Part shown: one piece after another, positions 1 through 12,145 of the stretch
Position numbering within the stretch: position 1 is the first letter of the stretch
Layout of the letters: every line of letters starts with the position of its first letter
DNA from: Bdellovibrionales bacterium
Lineage (GTDB): Bacteria > Bdellovibrionota > Bdellovibrionia > Bdellovibrionales > UBA1609
Assembly: GCA_050246815.1 (NCBI GenBank)
Contig: JBFWVI010000006.1
Location: 26,069 to 90,068 of the forward strand
Length of the DNA stretch: 64,000 nucleotides
Reading direction: 5' to 3'
Translations under genes and position numbers: made by a program
The notes under the pieces: generated by a model
The model's database searches: none
Seen by the model: the letters and a program-made list of their open reading frames with translations, nothing else
What the model was told of the DNA's origin: nothing

Positions 1-441
1 GCGCAAGCTCAAGTGGGTTCGGTTCATGAGCGCCTGGTACCAAATGCGCGAGTGACAACCGTCTCATTTGAAACGCAAGCCGACGGCAACGTGGCCTTTA
101 GTGGCGCATTTGTCACGATGGCCGGCGGAGATCGCTGCTACATGAACAAAGAAGTCCTAGGCATAGAACGCGCGCGTCCAGTTAATGATGAGCTGGGGCG
201 TAACGGTTATGTGCCGCGCTCTTTCGACTCCGCTGAATTGGCGAAAATCATGAACGCATTTTACCATGAGAATCGTGCAGCCCTGACCCTGCTGGCCGCG
301 ATCACCAGAACACAAGACAACAGCTTTGTTTTGAATCTAAACCAGGCCTTGGCTCAAAGCGATGGTGACATGCAAAACAAGGTGATCGCCCTGCGCTCTG
401 CTTTAATTGACGCCTGCACAGCCGCCGACAAACAACAATAA
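1..441 (+). CDS. hypothetical protein, 5'-truncated by window edge
   Basis: Frame is open from base 1 (gcg caa gct caa gtg...) to TAA at 439-441. No recognisable motif. Confidence 0.6.
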   Translation, partial: AQAQVGSVHERLVPNARVTTVSFETQADGNVAFSGAFVTMAGGDRCYMNKEVLGIERARPVNDELGRNGYVPRSFDSAELAKIMNAFYHENRAALTLLAAITRTQDNSFVLNLNQALAQSDGDMQNKVIALRSALIDACTAADKQQ

Positions 442-506
442 CAAGACGCGCAGCGTAACAAGGGCCTAAGCTTAACCCGCTCCTGGCCCTGTGTTATTCG
501 ATAGGG

Positions 507-2557
<2,051 letters not shown>

Positions 2558-2561
<4 letters not shown>

Positions 2562-3445
2562 GCCGCGCCAAGGCCGAACTTTTCCGAAAATCCGTAAAAC
2601 GGGTGCTGCTGGTTTACCGGCCCGAATCAACCCAAGCTTTGAACGTGGCCCGTGAGGTCAGCACATGGCTGAATGATCGAAAAATCAAAGTGCTCAGTCA
2701 CCCCCAACAACGCATCAACAAAACCACCGCCCAAGTGAAATCCGCCGATATCCGCCGCCTGGACTTGGTTTTGGTCATCGGCGGCGATGGCACTTATCTT
2801 GAAGCGGTTCGCCTGTTGCAAGATGCTCCCACACCCATCCTGGGCGTGAACTTGGGCTCTTTGGGATTTTTGACCGTGGTCCGAGCCGAAGATGTCTACA
2901 CCGCCTTGGAATTGGCTTTAAACGGAAAGATGCAGCTTAAACCACGCAGCCTGATTCAAGTTGAAGTTCACCGTGGCGGTAAAAAACGCGCCCAGTTTCA
3001 TGCGCTCAACGACGTGGTCATCGAACGCGGTGCCGTCAGCCAACTTTTGAACGTAGCTGTCTACATTGAACGCCAATTGATCAGTCCGATCAAAGCCGAC
3101 GGTCTGATCATCGCCACCCCCACAGGCTCCACCGCCTACAATCTTGCCGCTGGTGGGCCCATTTTGCATCCGGATGTAGCCGCGCTGGTGGTGACGCCGA
3201 TTTGTCCTCACTCTTTGACTCATCGCCCTCTAATTGTGCCCGAAGGCGATGCAATGATGTTTAAGATCGTCGGCAAAAGCCAAAAAGCCTTTTTGACTGT
3301 GGATGGCAAGCGCGTCAGCGAACTTAAAGCCCAAGATGAACTTGTGGTGCGCCGGGCCGGGCATAACCATCTCTTGCTTCGTAAACCCACAGACAATTAT
3401 TTTAATTTACTGCGCGACAAACTTAAATTCGGAGAGCGTGCTTAG
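2558..3445 (+). CDS. nadK: NAD(+) kinase
   Basis: GGDGT, GSLGFL, ALND and TPTGSTAYNLAAGGP motifs; adjacent to recN as is typical. Confidence 0.95.
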
Positions 3446-5157
3446 TGTTGATCGAATTAAAAGTCAGCCAGTTTGCGATCATCAATCATCTGGAATTGCC
3501 ATTTCGCCCTGGTTTGAATATTTTGAGCGGCGAGACCGGAGCCGGCAAATCCGTGGTCTTAAAAAGTTTAGCGTTGCTGATGGGTGGGAAATCCGAGGCC
3601 GACACCGTTAGAGCGGGCTGTGACCAAGCTGTCATCGAAGGCCTGTTTGATTTGGAACAACGACCCGACGTGCGCCAGCGCCTTGCCGAACACGGCGTTT
3701 CGATTGAGGAAGACACCTTGGTCGTGCGCCGGGTGATCAATGCCCAAGGCAAAAGCAAAGTTTATTTGAACGGTCAGCTTTCGCCGTTGGCTTCTTTGCG
3801 CGAAACTGTGACGCCTTTGATCGCGGTCACAGGCCATGGCAATTCGGACTCCGTCGCACCCCTTATCGAAATGACCGGCCAGCACGACAATCGCGATCTG
3901 CAGTCGCGCTCGTATCACTTGGATCTTTTGGATCATTACTGTGGAGCCATGAAGCTGCGCCATAATTACGGCACCCAGTTTGCGCGCCTAAGCACCTTGA
4001 ATCAGGAAATCGCTCGTTTAGAAAATGATTCGCGCACCCGCACCCAGCGCTTGGACTTTTTGGTTTACCAGCGTGATGAAATCAGCGCCTTAAACCTGGT
4101 TGCAGGCGAAGAAGAAACTTTAGAGACGCAGGTTTCAAGACTTCGCCATTCGACACGCTTGGTGGATTTTGTCGGTGAAGCCCAAGCGGCCTTGTATGGC
4201 GACGAAGATGCAGTCACGGTGCGTTTGCATCAATTGCTGACCCGTGCTTTGGAACTGAAGGCCGCGGACCCCTCTTTGCCTGAGCGCCTGCAGGCCTTGC
4301 AGCAAGCCAAAACTTTGATCGAAGACGCCGTCTATGAATTGCGTGATTATTCACGTTCACTTTTAGCCGATCCCGAAGAACTCAACCGGACGGAAGAACG
4401 CTTAAGTCAAATTCGCCGTTTGCAAAAAAAGTTCGGCGGCAGTGTCAGCGAAATTCTGGGACAATTAGGCGAGATTGAAGCTGAAATCAGCCGCCTGGAA
4501 TCAGCGGATTCAAACCTGACCTCGCTGCAACAAGAAAAAGAAGAAATCCTGATCACTTTGCGCAAACTTGCGGACGACCTGCATGTTCGACGCGGCAACG
4601 GTGCTACCCTTTTGGCGCAAAGTGTAAATGACGAGTTGGCAGACTTGAACATGAAGGGTGTACGTTTTGGCGTGCACATTGAGGCCCTTGAAAACCTAAA
4701 TGCCACAGGAACCAGTGAAGTGGAGTTCACCATACAAGCCTCAAAAAAAGACGAGCCCCGCCCACTGGCCAAATTTGCCAGTGGTGGCGAGCTAAGCCGC
4801 ATTCTTTTAGCCTTGAAACGCACCGTCGGCCACAGCGACCTACCCCGAACCTATTTGTTTGATGAGGTCGACACCGGCGTCAGTGGCCAAACCGCTGAAA
4901 AAGTGGGACGAAAGTTAAAAGCCATCGCCGCCGGACAACAGGTGATCTGTGTGACTCACCTGCCGCAAGTGGCTGCTTTTGCCGATTCTCATTTTGTGAT
5001 TGAAAAGGGCAACGGCCGTGGCGGCGTTGAAATGTCCGTGACCCCCTTAAATAAAACTGAACGCGTGCGTGAAATCGCGCGTTTGATTTCAGGGGAAAAA
5101 ATAACCTCCAGCAGCCTTGAGCACGCCCGACAATTGCTCAATGAGAGTGCACCATGA
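3445..5157 (+). CDS. recN: DNA repair protein RecN
   Basis: Walker A GETGAGKS, coiled coil, ASGGELSR, FDEVDTG, VTHLPQVAA, EIARLISG. Confidence 0.96.
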   Translation: MLIELKVSQFAIINHLELPFRPGLNILSGETGAGKSVVLKSLALLMGGKSEADTVRAGCDQAVIEGLFDLEQRPDVRQRLAEHGVSIEEDTLVVRRVINAQGKSKVYLNGQLSPLASLRETVTPLIAVTGHGNSDSVAPLIEMTGQHDNRDLQSRSYHLDLLDHYCGAMKLRHNYGTQFARLSTLNQEIARLENDSRTRTQRLDFLVYQRDEISALNLVAGEEETLETQVSRLRHSTRLVDFVGEAQAALYGDEDAVTVRLHQLLTRALELKAADPSLPERLQALQQAKTLIEDAVYELRDYSRSLLADPEELNRTEERLSQIRRLQKKFGGSVSEILGQLGEIEAEISRLESADSNLTSLQQEKEEILITLRKLADDLHVRRGNGATLLAQSVNDELADLNMKGVRFGVHIEALENLNATGTSEVEFTIQASKKDEPRPLAKFASGGELSRILLALKRTVGHSDLPRTYLFDEVDTGVSGQTAEKVGRKLKAIAAGQQVICVTHLPQVAAFADSHFVIEKGNGRGGVEMSVTPLNKTERVREIARLISGEKITSSSLEHARQLLNESAP

Positions 5158-5510
5158 AAATTTTGATCGTCGATGACGAGGCGGAAATCTGCGATTCCCT
5201 GGGTTTGATTCTGAAGTCTCGGGGCCACGAAATTACGGCGGCCAACAACGGGCAAAAGGCCATCGATATCTTGAAAAACCAAAATTTCAACCTGGTGATG
5301 TCCGACGTCAATATGCCTACCATGAATGGCGTGGATCTGCTGAAGCACGTCACCCAAAACTATCCTGACCTTCCCATGATCCTGATGACCGGCTATGCGG
5401 CTTATAAAACCGAAGATCTGCTTGCACTTGGCGCCAAACATGTCTTAAGCAAGCCCTTCAACTCGCGCAATCTGTTGGCCGCTATCGAAATGGTGGCGCA
5501 GCCCAAATAA
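5154..5510 (+). CDS. single-domain response regulator (CheY-like receiver)
   Basis: ILIVDDE, SDVNMP phospho-Asp, MTG and KPF motifs; ATGA overlap with the recN stop. Confidence 0.92.
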   Translation: MKILIVDDEAEICDSLGLILKSRGHEITAANNGQKAIDILKNQNFNLVMSDVNMPTMNGVDLLKHVTQNYPDLPMILMTGYAAYKTEDLLALGAKHVLSKPFNSRNLLAAIEMVAQPK

Positions 5511-5533
5511 AGCAAAACTTCGCGCTGCTGACT

Positions 5534-6334
5534 TTATTTATGAAATGAGCCCTGCTCTTGCAAAGACACGAACTTAAGCTCCTTTTCATTCAGAACAAGG
5601 TACTCCATTTGCCCACCCAACCACGACCCCAAATTGATCGACCGGATGGGTTTGCCGCAGACCTCAAAGATGTAATCGTCTTGAACGTGAACGTGGCCGT
5701 GGATCATCAAATCAAATGATTCGCTCTGGGCAAGATTTTCGGCATGCCGATGCATTTTTGTGAGGGCCTGATCGTGGCTCACCGTTTTTACTTGCGAGGT
5801 GTAAGTGCGGCTGGTTTGGCTGGCCCTTTGCCCCAAAAGCACGGCCGCCTTTGATGGCAAGTGATGGGCCAGCCAGGTCATCACTGAAGTGCGTAAAAGC
5901 CATCGCAAAAATAAATAACCGCGATCATCCGGATCCATTTGGTCGCCATGCTCGACCCGCACCCGACGCGAACCCAATTGAAAGTAGGCCGGGCCGGCAT
6001 GGACTTCTACACCCAGCGCCTGCCCCCAAAATTTCTCGAGGTACAGATCATGGTTGCCCTCGAAATAGTGGATTTCGACCCCCTCATTGTGCAGTCGACG
6101 AATCTGCTCGATGGCCGAAGCATAGTGGCTCAAAAAATAGGTGTGATCCGCCAACCACAGATCAAAGATATCGCCGACTAAAAAAAGATGGGTTAAGGCT
6201 TGAATTTTATCAGCGGAAAGACTGGCCGCGCGAGGTCCCCGCTGACTATGTAGCAGCCTTAAAAAGCACTGACCACGCGGATCGCTCAGCGTGGTCAGAT
6301 GAAGATCAGATAGAAAAATTGCGTTCAACATCAA
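5534..6334 (-). CDS. lpxH: UDP-2,3-diacylglucosamine diphosphatase (LpxH-like metallophosphoesterase)
   Basis: SDLHL, GDIFDLW, EGNHD, HGD, HGHVH and NLGSW motifs. Confidence 0.82.
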   Translation of the reverse strand: MMLNAIFLSDLHLTTLSDPRGQCFLRLLHSQRGPRAASLSADKIQALTHLFLVGDIFDLWLADHTYFLSHYASAIEQIRRLHNEGVEIHYFEGNHDLYLEKFWGQALGVEVHAGPAYFQLGSRRVRVEHGDQMDPDDRGYLFLRWLLRTSVMTWLAHHLPSKAAVLLGQRASQTSRTYTSQVKTVSHDQALTKMHRHAENLAQSESFDLMIHGHVHVQDDYIFEVCGKPIRSINLGSWLGGQMEYLVLNEKELKFVSLQEQGSFHK

Positions 6335-6364
6335 GCGCCCTTATCGCGCTTCACGATTTCAGGG

Positions 6365-7822
6365 TCAACCTTGCTCCGTGCTATCGCCCTCATGCGACTT
6401 TTTACGCCGCAAGAACGAGGGAACTTCAAGGTTTTCGTTATCAAAAGGTGATTTGCCCACCTCTTGGGCCATTTTGCGGGCCAAAGCCAAAGGGTCCACC
6501 GCCTCTTCAACATTCATCGACAACTGCTCCGGCTGGGCATGAGACGGCTCGGGGCGGGCCTGATGCTCACGATAGGCGCGCGCTTTCGCCAATAAAATAT
6601 CACGGGGCAAAACCGCTCGCTCTTTTTGGCCTTCAGGCATCGAACCATCTAGGTTCGGTGATTGGTTTAAGGGTGAAAGTCGCTCGGGCATTTCAACCGG
6701 GGCTGCGGGGCGCGCCATGGCCTGTTGTTGAGCTTGCACCTGGGCTTGAGCGGCACTCAAGGCCGAATGGGTGTACTCAATCGGCATGCCACGCGGAGCT
6801 TCTAGCTTTTGCGATTCGGCGTAAGCCTGTAGCTTGTGCATTTGATCCGAGATCATCTTTTGGTTTTCACCCACGAAGCCGGTCGCAATCACAGTGACGC
6901 TAACGGCATCGCCCATGTTTTCATCGACCACGGCACCGAAGATGATTTCAGAATCTTCATGCGCAGCTTCTTTGATCAGCATCGAAGCTTCGTTGACTTC
7001 CCACATTGTCAGGTTCGGTCCGCCGGTCACGTTGATGATGATGCCCGTTGCGCCATCAATCGAAACGTTTTCAAGCAACGGCGAAGAAATCGCCATGGTG
7101 GCAGCTTCCACGGTGCGGTTGGGACCCGAAGCCAAACCCGATCCCATGATCGCCATGCCTTTTGCCGACATGACGGTGCGAATATCGGCGAAGTCTAAGT
7201 TGATGATGCCGCGAATATTGATCAGGTCTGATATACCCTTGACCGCATGGAATAAAACGCCGTCTGCTTTTTTGAAAGTTTCCAACAAGGGCGTGCTCTC
7301 GGTGGAAATTGCCAATAGCTTTTGATTGGGGATCACGATCAAGGTGTCGACATTTTCTTTGAGCTCTTGCAGACCGTTGTCGGCTTGACGCTTACGTTTA
7401 TTGCCTTCAAACATGAAGGGCTTGGTCACCACGCCAATGGTCAAGGCACCAAGTTCCTTGGCAATCTTGGCCACAATCGGGGCGCCACCCGTTCCGGTTC
7501 CGCCACCCATGCCGGCAGTCACAAACACCATGTCCGCGCCTTCAAGATGCGCCACGATATCATTATATGATTCGATTGCGGCTCGGCGACCGATCTCGGG
7601 GTTAGCGCCTGCGCCCAAACCTTTGGTCAACTCACGTCCCAGTTGGATTTTGCCCTCAGCCTTGTTGTGGCCCAGCGCTTGTCGGTCGGTGTTGGCAACG
7701 ATGAATTGCACGCCTTCCAGGCCGTTTTCGATCATCGTTTGCACGGCATTGCCGCCACCGCCACCGACGCCGATGACTTTGATATTCGCGCCAAAATTGG
7801 CAGTTTCTTCAAGCTCGAACAT
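6365..7822 (-). CDS. ftsZ: cell division protein FtsZ
   Basis: [27 protein letters not shown]; long C-terminal linker ending LEVPSFLRR. Confidence 0.98.
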   Translation of the reverse strand: MFELEETANFGANIKVIGVGGGGGNAVQTMIENGLEGVQFIVANTDRQALGHNKAEGKIQLGRELTKGLGAGANPEIGRRAAIESYNDIVAHLEGADMVFVTAGMGGGTGTGGAPIVAKIAKELGALTIGVVTKPFMFEGNKRKRQADNGLQELKENVDTLIVIPNQKLLAISTESTPLLETFKKADGVLFHAVKGISDLINIRGIINLDFADIRTVMSAKGMAIMGSGLASGPNRTVEAATMAISSPLLENVSIDGATGIIINVTGGPNLTMWEVNEASMLIKEAAHEDSEIIFGAVVDENMGDAVSVTVIATGFVGENQKMISDQMHKLQAYAESQKLEAPRGMPIEYTHSALSAAQAQVQAQQQAMARPAAPVEMPERLSPLNQSPNLDGSMPEGQKERAVLPRDILLAKARAYREHQARPEPSHAQPEQLSMNVEEAVDPLALARKMAQEVGKSPFDNENLEVPSFLRRKKSHEGDSTEQG

Positions 7823-7846
7823 GAGTCCCCCTTAAGAATTAATCCT

Positions 7847-9094
7847 TCAATTCAATAAATCTTTAACTTTTTTTGCCCAACCGGTGAACCGCTGACTCCA
7901 ATCACTGACACTCTCTTTGACGTCAACGGTTAGCACTTTGTCCTTTTCCATTTCGCGACCATACAGCACAAGGCCTATTGCCGTGGCGTAAGCGCTGTTG
8001 CGCACGATATCCGTCAGGCCACCCACTCTTTCAGGCTGCCCACGACGAACCGGCACATCCAATACAAAATCACCCATTTCGATCAGACCCGGCAGTAAAC
8101 TTCCGCCGCCGGTCAACACCACACCGGATCCCAACTTGGCGATAAAATTGTGCTGTTTCAGTTCATTGGCGAGCAACGCCAATGTTTCATCGGCGCGGGC
8201 CTCAAGAATCTCGCACAAATCACGGCGCTGAAGCGTGCGAGCTTTGCGCCCACCAACGCTTTCAACTTCGATGGCCTCGTCTAAATCGACGATATCCGGA
8301 ATTGCAGCACCATATTTTTTCTTCAAGGTCTCGGCATTGATCTGGGTAGTTTTAAGTCCCATCGCCACATCGTGAGTGAAATTTTGCCCACCGACCGGAA
8401 TGACTGCGGTATGCACCACACTGCCGGCCACATACGTGATCATGTCGCATGTGCCGCCGCCGATGTCGATAACGGAAACACCCAGGTTTTTTTCATCGCC
8501 GCTTAAGACCGCTAAGGCCGAAGCAAATTGTTGCAAGACCAACCCGGCCACGCTAAGTCCGGCGCGCTGGGTGCATTTGATGGTGTTCAAGATCGCCGTG
8601 TTGCTGCCCGTGATGATATGCACCGAGGCTTCTAAGCGCACACCGGACATACCGATGGGATCAAAAATCCCCTCTTGGCCATCGATCTTAAAATCTTTGG
8701 GCAAAACATGCAGCACTTGGCGGTCATTGGGGATCGCAACAGCTTTGGCCGCTTCGATCACGCGCTCGATGTCTTCGCTTGAAACTTCTTTGTTGCGAAT
8801 GGCGATCATGCCGCTTGAGTCGAAGGACTCAACATGCGACCCGCCAATCGCCAGCCACACATCGGTGACTCGCTGACCGGCCATCAACTCGGCTTCTTCT
8901 TTTGCTTTGCGAATGGCTTCAGAGGTGGATTCAATATTCACCACCACGCCTTGCTTCATCCCGCTGTTGGGGGCTGTGCCGATCCCGACGACATCCACAC
9001 CTTCTGCGGTCAGCACGCCGATTGAACAAGTCACCTTTGTCGTGCCAACGTCCAGGCCCGCAATCACTTGCGGCTTTTTGTTCGCTTTCGACAT
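7847..9094 (-). CDS. ftsA: cell division protein FtsA
   Basis: GLDVGTTKV, DIGGGT, VLTGGGS, YATAIGL; start placed at ATG 9094 (MSKANKK). Confidence 0.96.
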   Translation of the reverse strand: MSKANKKPQVIAGLDVGTTKVTCSIGVLTAEGVDVVGIGTAPNSGMKQGVVVNIESTSEAIRKAKEEAELMAGQRVTDVWLAIGGSHVESFDSSGMIAIRNKEVSSEDIERVIEAAKAVAIPNDRQVLHVLPKDFKIDGQEGIFDPIGMSGVRLEASVHIITGSNTAILNTIKCTQRAGLSVAGLVLQQFASALAVLSGDEKNLGVSVIDIGGGTCDMITYVAGSVVHTAVIPVGGQNFTHDVAMGLKTTQINAETLKKKYGAAIPDIVDLDEAIEVESVGGRKARTLQRRDLCEILEARADETLALLANELKQHNFIAKLGSGVVLTGGGSLLPGLIEMGDFVLDVPVRRGQPERVGGLTDIVRNSAYATAIGLVLYGREMEKDKVLTVDVKESVSDWSQRFTGWAKKVKDLLN

Positions 9095-9143
9095 CTTTGC
9101 ATCCCCACAGAAGGCACAAACAAGTTGTGCAGCCAACATCCTT

Positions 9144-9186
9144 GTTGAGCTGGGCCAAGGTCCAGTTTTATGAACCTCGACTCAAC
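9144..9186 (-). promoter_or_regulatory. stem-loop in the ftsQ-ftsA intergenic region (possible ftsA leader hairpin)
   Basis: Minus-strand GUCGAGGUUCA-uaaaac-UGGACCUUGGC stem (three G-U pairs) plus outer GUUGAG/CUCAAC; a TAGTAT -10-like hexamer lies just upstream. Confidence 0.4.
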
Positions 9187-9206
9187 TCACGTCCATATAC
9201 TAAAGG

Positions 9207-9944
9207 CTAAGGAGCATTACGCAGTCTGACAACAACTTTCTTTGCAAAGCGCGCATCAATAACGCGGCCTCGAAGTTGCTGGTCTTGAAGGTAGTTGAGA
9301 ACTTGGGCAATACGCTCGGTTTTTTTCTCGATCTCCGTGACTCCTAAGCGCACTTCAATCCCGCTTTGGGTCAGCATCAGGGCAAATCCATTTTTCTGGG
9401 TGTAAGAGATTTCGGCCACACGTTCGCGCGCCAGAGGACCACTTTCGGGCAAAGCCCCAAGAAGCGCAATCGCCTGTTCACGTAGGCTTAAATCATTCTT
9501 AAAGACCTTGCCACGCAACAAGGGCATGTCGCGCACTTCATTCAAAGGCAGGGCGGGCAAAAGACTGGCATCTGTCGCCACCGGAAATAGCCGGCCAACT
9601 TCATCCGCCCAGGCCATCACCGGCTGCTGAGGCTCGATAACCACGCGCAGGCGATTGGGAAAAACCCGGTCCACACGAGCCGAACGCACGCGGCGATCGG
9701 CCTGCACCTTTTGCAGAACCTCGGACAGCCGAGCCTGCCACAGCCATTTGCCCTGATAGTTTTTCAACTCTTTTTGCAAAGATGTTTGAATGCGGGCAAA
9801 AAGTTGCGGCTGGTCCGAACCGTCAGCCATCGACATTTCCACCGGAGCCAACCTACCCCATCCAGCTTCGGCACCCAAATAAAGTGCGCCGGACAAGCAG
9901 GCGGTCAAACTAAGAATGATGGCAAGCCTAACGTACGCCTTCAT
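9207..9944 (-). CDS. ftsQ: cell division protein FtsQ/DivIB
   Basis: N-terminal TM, POTRA-like segment (RVRSARVDRVFPNRLRVVI), C-terminal IDARF; lies between ddl and ftsA. Confidence 0.88.
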   Translation of the reverse strand: MKAYVRLAIILSLTACLSGALYLGAEAGWGRLAPVEMSMADGSDQPQLFARIQTSLQKELKNYQGKWLWQARLSEVLQKVQADRRVRSARVDRVFPNRLRVVIEPQQPVMAWADEVGRLFPVATDASLLPALPLNEVRDMPLLRGKVFKNDLSLREQAIALLGALPESGPLARERVAEISYTQKNGFALMLTQSGIEVRLGVTEIEKKTERIAQVLNYLQDQQLRGRVIDARFAKKVVVRLRNAP

Positions 9945-10881
9945 AATCCAAACTGGCCTTTTCGACCAAGGTGCGAATCAGTTGAGTGAACGAGATCCCG
10001 TCGTAAGCCGCCGCCTTGGGTAACAGCGACGTCGGTGTGCAACCGGGCAGCGTGTTGAGCTCTAAAATGTACGGCGAGCCATCTTTGGCTAAACGAAAAT
10101 CAACGCGACTGTAGACCCGGCACTGCAAGGCTTGGTGTGCGCGCAAGGCCAAGTCTTGGCATTTTTTAATGATGGCGGCATCCACTCGCGGCGGCAAAAT
10201 GTAATCGGTGTTGCCGGCGGTGTACTTGTTTTTGTAATCATAGAAGCCCTGTTTGGGGCTGATTTCGATTGGCGTCAACGCCCGGCCATCAAAAACCGCC
10301 ACGGTCATTTCGGCACCGGGGATAAATTCTTCGATCAGGACTTCTTGATCATACTGCAAAGCCAGCTTCAAAGCCGCCGGCAGTTCAGCAGACGTTTTGA
10401 CAATGGAAATTCCCACCGTCGATCCTTCACGGGAGGGCTTGACCACAATTGGCCAACCCAAGTTCGGCGAAAATTTTTCGACTGCAACTGACGACTTGCC
10501 ATCACGCGAATCCGCAGCTGAATCGGCAAAAAACATTTCAAAGCGCGGCGTAGGCAAATCATGAAAGCGCAGAATCTGTTTGGAGTAATATTTGTTCATG
10601 CAAAGTGCGGACGCCATGACGCCACTGCCACTGTACGGAATTTTCAAGTATTCGCAAAGCCCTTGAACGGTGCCGTCCTCTCCGTATTTACCATGCAATG
10701 CAAGTAACGCCACATCCGGCTTCATGGCTAGTAACCGAGCGGGCAAATCAGGGCCAGCTTCGATCACTTCGTGGCTCATTTTCAATTCATCTAGGGCCTT
10801 GGCAAAAGCTTTGCCAGTCACCAGACTAACGTCTCGCTCAGCACCCATTCCACCCATGATTAAGGCGATTTTTTTAGCCAT
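9928..10881 (-). CDS. ddl: D-alanine--D-alanine ligase
   Basis: GGMGAERDVSL, LHGKYGEDG, VKPSREGS, FYDYKNKY, ELNTLPG; GGAG RBS 9 nt before ATG 10881. Confidence 0.96.
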   Translation of the reverse strand: MAKKIALIMGGMGAERDVSLVTGKAFAKALDELKMSHEVIEAGPDLPARLLAMKPDVALLALHGKYGEDGTVQGLCEYLKIPYSGSGVMASALCMNKYYSKQILRFHDLPTPRFEMFFADSAADSRDGKSSVAVEKFSPNLGWPIVVKPSREGSTVGISIVKTSAELPAALKLALQYDQEVLIEEFIPGAEMTVAVFDGRALTPIEISPKQGFYDYKNKYTAGNTDYILPPRVDAAIIKKCQDLALRAHQALQCRVYSRVDFRLAKDGSPYILELNTLPGCTPTSLLPKAAAYDGISFTQLIRTLVEKASLDYEGVR

Positions 10882-11213
10882 CTGCACGCACTCCCGCTCT
10901 GAAATTCAAGTGTAGCGCGCTGGTGATAGAGTGGCCAATGGAATCTGTTCCCGTTAGCAGAGCCTTCTCAGCCAGACCTGAAACTCGAAAAGCTTTCGCT
11001 GACGGGCCGTGGCACCGTGTTCTTGCTCAAGCAAGTTCGCCCGAAAATATTGCCGCAACTGCAAAACCTCAAAAGAAGTGCGCTAAATTCGCGTGAACGC
11101 CGCCAATCCGACGTACACGAACACCACTTGTCCCTCTCGCCATCAAAAACACTTTTGCGCTTCACGCTGACTGCATTTCACTTGGGGCCACCGCCCAAAC
11201 CAAAGCCCGGTGA

Positions 11214-12122
11214 TTACCAGCGCCCTAAAAACTTAACTTCTGGAATCAATTCGACGCCGTGCTTTTCTTTGACCGTTTGTTGAACGTGGCGAAGAACCGC
11301 CATCACGTCTGTTGCGGAGGCTCCGCCGCGGTTGATGATAAAATTAGCATGTTTTTGAGAAACTTCGGCCGCGCCGATTATAAAACCTTTCAATCCAGCC
11401 TGTTCGATCAGCGCGCCGGCTTTGCCACTGGGCGGGTTACGAAAAGTCGACCCACCGCTGGGCCAATCCAAGGGTTGGCTTTGCAAACGCTTGCGGGTCG
11501 CCAGTCGCACTTGATTCATCACATCGGGATTGGGGTGGTGGGGCCAACTCATGCCCACCCGCACGATCACTCCCGGCTGCCAGCCTGCGCTGTGGCGATA
11601 TTGCCACTCTAGATCGCTCTTTTTAAAACGCAAAACTTCCACTTCGGCGGGAGTAGTTTGGGTCTTGATCCGCGCGACCTCCACCCAGTCCACAATGTCG
11701 ACAAATTCGCGTGGAACAATGGCCTCACCCACACCGGCGTTCATCACCACCCCACCTGCAACATCGCCTGGAAGTCCGCATAAAAAAAGGGCCGGCGCCA
11801 ATTTGTGCTGCAGAAAAATTTTTGTCAGCTCCGCTTTGTTGGTCCCCGCCAGGGCGGCCAGATGCAAGCGGTCGTCGCTCATTGTGACTTCGACCCCACT
11901 CATCTCACGAGTCAAAATCACAAGTCCCTGAACGCCCTGGTCGCTGATCAAAACATTTGAAGCACCACCCAAAACCGTGACCGGTACGTTGTTGTCTGCC
12001 GCCCACAGCAAAGCTTCCTTCAAATCCTCTACGGATTTTGGCCGCGCAAGATATTCGGCGGGGCCACCGACTTTCCACCAAGCCAGTGGGGCAAGTGCGA
12101 CATTTTGCTCAATCTGAATCAT
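11214..12122 (-). CDS. murB: UDP-N-acetylenolpyruvoylglucosamine reductase
   Basis: VGGPA, LGGASNVL, MNAG, YRHS, QPLDWPSGGSTFRNP, KHANFIIN. Confidence 0.96.
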   Translation of the reverse strand: MIQIEQNVALAPLAWWKVGGPAEYLARPKSVEDLKEALLWAADNNVPVTVLGGASNVLISDQGVQGLVILTREMSGVEVTMSDDRLHLAALAGTNKAELTKIFLQHKLAPALFLCGLPGDVAGGVVMNAGVGEAIVPREFVDIVDWVEVARIKTQTTPAEVEVLRFKKSDLEWQYRHSAGWQPGVIVRVGMSWPHHPNPDVMNQVRLATRKRLQSQPLDWPSGGSTFRNPPSGKAGALIEQAGLKGFIIGAAEVSQKHANFIINRGGASATDVMAVLRHVQQTVKEKHGVELIPEVKFLGRW

Positions 12123-12145
12123 AAGTCCCCAATTTACGACAGGCT

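Noticed and set aside
5851..6897. 348-aa plus-strand ORF
   Set aside because: Antisense shadow of lpxH and ftsZ, Arg/Pro-rich with no motif.
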